Below, piece by piece: positions 13,268-15,218 of a DNA stretch of 15,218 bases. The stretch comes from Candidatus Sigynarchaeum calidifontis (GTDB lineage: Archaea; Asgardarchaeota; Lokiarchaeia; Sigyniarchaeales; Sigyniarchaeaceae), in assembly GCA_030587475.2 (NCBI GenBank), contig JAUQYZ020000002.1, positions 1-15,218 of the forward strand. Reading direction: 5' to 3'. Position 1 is the stretch's first letter, and the number at the start of each line of letters is the position of its first letter. Position numbers and translations under genes: made by a program. The notes under the pieces are model-generated. The model did no database searches. It was given only the letters and a program-made list of their open reading frames with translations, and had not been told where the DNA came from.

Positions 13268-15218
13268 TCATCTCTGGTGGATGGAACCGAGCATGGCAGT
13301 CACGTCGCTCGTGCTCGCGTCGATGAGCTTGAGCACGAGTTCATCGATGTTTGCTTGGATGGCGCCGAGCTCGCGTTCCAGGCCTTGTTTATTGGAACCG
13401 TCTCCATTGCCCCCGTGCAGCCGGCTCGCCACTGCCATGGCCTCTTGCACGAGCTTGACGACCGTGTTCTCGGTTTTTTCATCCGGGATAGGCACGCGCA
13501 CGTTGCTCACGGGACCCGAGTAAAATTCGTAGATGGATCCCATCCGCTTGCCCCTGGTCGCGAAAAACCAGGCGGCGGGCAGCGAGTTGAGCACGCCGGC
13601 AATGTAAGCCAGCGACGGCGTGGATGCCCGGGGGATGAACACGGTCACGTCGTAACTGCAGTAGGACCGGCGCGTGTCGATGGACGCGCGCAGCCGCGGT
13701 GCCTTGTAAGGCATGACGATCTTTTCCCGTGCATCCAGGTTTTTCACGTTCCTGGGTCGCCGCCACGCGTACCAGGGCACCTGGATCGTGCCGTTGTCCC
13801 GCCCCTCGAGGCCTGCCTTGAAACAAGACAAGAACGCGTGGGTCTTCGGGTACCGCGCCTTGAACGCGGCCTCGTCGATGTCCGGCGGCACGTAGATGCA
13901 CCAGCGATCGGTTGCATGGTGGTACGCGTGGATGTCGCTGTTCTTGAGCCAGGGATGCACGAGCTCGCTGTCGAGGGGATATTTCTTGCCGTCGTGGATC
14001 CCGAAAAATTCACCGTTTTCTTGCATGACGTGTCTTGCAAATGCCTCGTCGAGGCCAGTTTCCGCGCCGCCCAAGACGTCCCCTAAATCGCCTAGTGCAG
14101 GATGTTTCTCGAATTTTGCTTTGATCGCTATCTCCTCGGGAGAAAGCATGCACCAGCCTCCCGCGTCGAGCGTCGATTGCAAGACCATCTTCGCGGGGGC
14201 TGCATCGATCGCCGCGTCGAGCCCGCCAGGATCCGCGCCGCTGGATCCCGGGGCCGGCACGTCGCGGTACACGAGCGCGTGGCCCGGGGCCGCCGGGCGA
14301 GCCTTGAAGAAGAACAAGAGCGGGTGTATGCCAAGGCCGCCGAAGATGTCCCAATCGTTCATGTCGACGATCTCGACGATCTCGTGCCCGGCAAGGAATT
14401 CGCGCAAGCGACGGGCATGCGAGGCTTGCATGAAATAGCGCGAGGATACTTGCCCGCTCGTGCCCCCGTCCTTGAGCAGCCGGGCGTGGAGCTCGAAAAA
14501 ATAATACGAAAAATCAGCTTGGCCGTCGAACACGCGGTAATTCTCTTCCAGAAACCGTCGGTCGATGCGATCGAGATATTTCTTGTAGTTCACGTAGGGC
14601 GGGTTGCCCACGACCGCGTCGAATTTGTTGGCTGGATCCTGGAAGCGGCGGCCGGTTATCGCGTTCCCCACCTGGATATTTTTCACCACGACATCGGCAT
14701 TATCGCGTGCCGAAACTCGATCGCGCTGCCCGCGAGACATGGCAGCCTCCAGGCAAACGTTGAAGCGCGCGATTTCCACCGCGAGTGGGTCCTCGTCGAT
14801 GCCGTGTACCTGTTCTAAGGGTGAACCGAAAACGCGTTTCCCCGTGATCCGCTCCACTTTCTCGCGAGTGGCGTCTAGCAATCGAAACGCGTGGACGAGG
14901 AACGGGCCCGTCCCGCAGGCTGGATCCATCACGGAGAAGCCCGCGAGCGAGGTGATCGCCGCATCGACTGCCATGGCATCCCCCCGGGCGACGCCGTCCC
15001 GCGCTTGATCGATAATGCGAGCGAGTGCTGGTTCCATCGCTTTTTTCACGACGACCTTGCACACCGGCGCGGGCGTGTAGACGATCCCCCTCTTGTTCTT
15101 GCCGGTCGCCACGTGCCGCTCGTAAAACAGGCCAGCCACGTCCGCCTCGGGCGCGCGCGCGACCGTTTCGTGCAAATTGCCAATGACGCGGTTGATGCAA
15201 TTGGTGAGCGTGGTCAAG
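13268..15218 (-). CDS. N6-adenine DNA methyltransferase, Eco57I/TaqI-like (type IIG-like), 5' end outside the window
   Basis: VYTPAPV (motif X), MDPACGTGPFL (motif I), GNPPY (motif IV) in gamma-class order. TaqI-C-like specificity region EKIVMP..YIAGVLNS. Frame is open to the window edge. Confidence 0.9.
   Translation of the reverse strand, partial: LTTLTNCINRVIGNLHETVARAPEADVAGLFYERHVATGKNKRGIVYTPAPVCKVVVKKAMEPALARIIDQARDGVARGDAMAVDAAITSLAGFSVMDPACGTGPFLVHAFRLLDATREKVERITGKRVFGSPLEQVHGIDEDPLAVEIARFNVCLEAAMSRGQRDRVSARDNADVVVKNIQVGNAITGRRFQDPANKFDAVVGNPPYVNYKKYLDRIDRRFLEENYRVFDGQADFSYYFFELHARLLKDGGTSGQVSSRYFMQASHARRLREFLAGHEIVEIVDMNDWDIFGGLGIHPLLFFFKARPAAPGHALVYRDVPAPGSSGADPGGLDAAIDAAPAKMVLQSTLDAGGWCMLSPEEIAIKAKFEKHPALGDLGDVLGGAETGLDEAFARHVMQENGEFFGIHDGKKYPLDSELVHPWLKNSDIHAYHHATDRWCIYVPPDIDEAAFKARYPKTHAFLSCFKAGLEGRDNGTIQVPWYAWRRPRNVKNLDAREKIVMPYKAPRLRASIDTRRSYCSYDVTVFIPRASTPSLAYIAGVLNSLPAAWFFATRGKRMGSIYEFYSGPVSNVRVPIPDEKTENTVVKLVQEAMAVASRLHGGNGDGSNKQGLERELGAIQANIDELVLKLIDASTSDVTAMLGSIHQR

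Noticed and set aside
11339-15200. Many overlapping antisense and alternative-frame ORFs (for example 13244-14086, 14102-14818, 12873-13523)
   Set aside because: Shadow ORFs of GC3-rich genes, with Arg/Pro/Gly-biased composition and no recognisable motifs.

Overview
Archaeal DNA, most likely from a GC-rich Asgard (Lokiarchaeia-like) genome. This is inferred from tandem Rab-like small GTPases, an actin-like fragment, GGTGA/GGAGGT Shine-Dalgarno sites and TATA promoters. The left half (0.6-7.6 kb) is a toxin-antitoxin hotspot: four PIN-nuclease/antitoxin pairs in three different layouts plus a Fic protein. Between them lie truncated gene ends (acyl-CoA dehydrogenase, beta-propeller protein, longin-like domain, UPF0175 antitoxin, and twice the start of an actin-related gene). 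At 7.64-7.89 kb two inverted ORB-like boxes with G-strings flank an AT-rich stretch, exactly where gene orientation switches. This is a candidate replication origin with no cdc6/orc1 in the window, and a decayed copy of one box lies at 4.9 kb. The right half encodes a small winged-helix protein, two Rab-like GTPases with non-canonical G4 motifs, an alpha/beta hydrolase, a 615-aa membrane protein and a 5'-truncated Eco57I/TaqI-like N6-adenine methyltransferase. All family assignments come from motif reading by eye; no searches were run.
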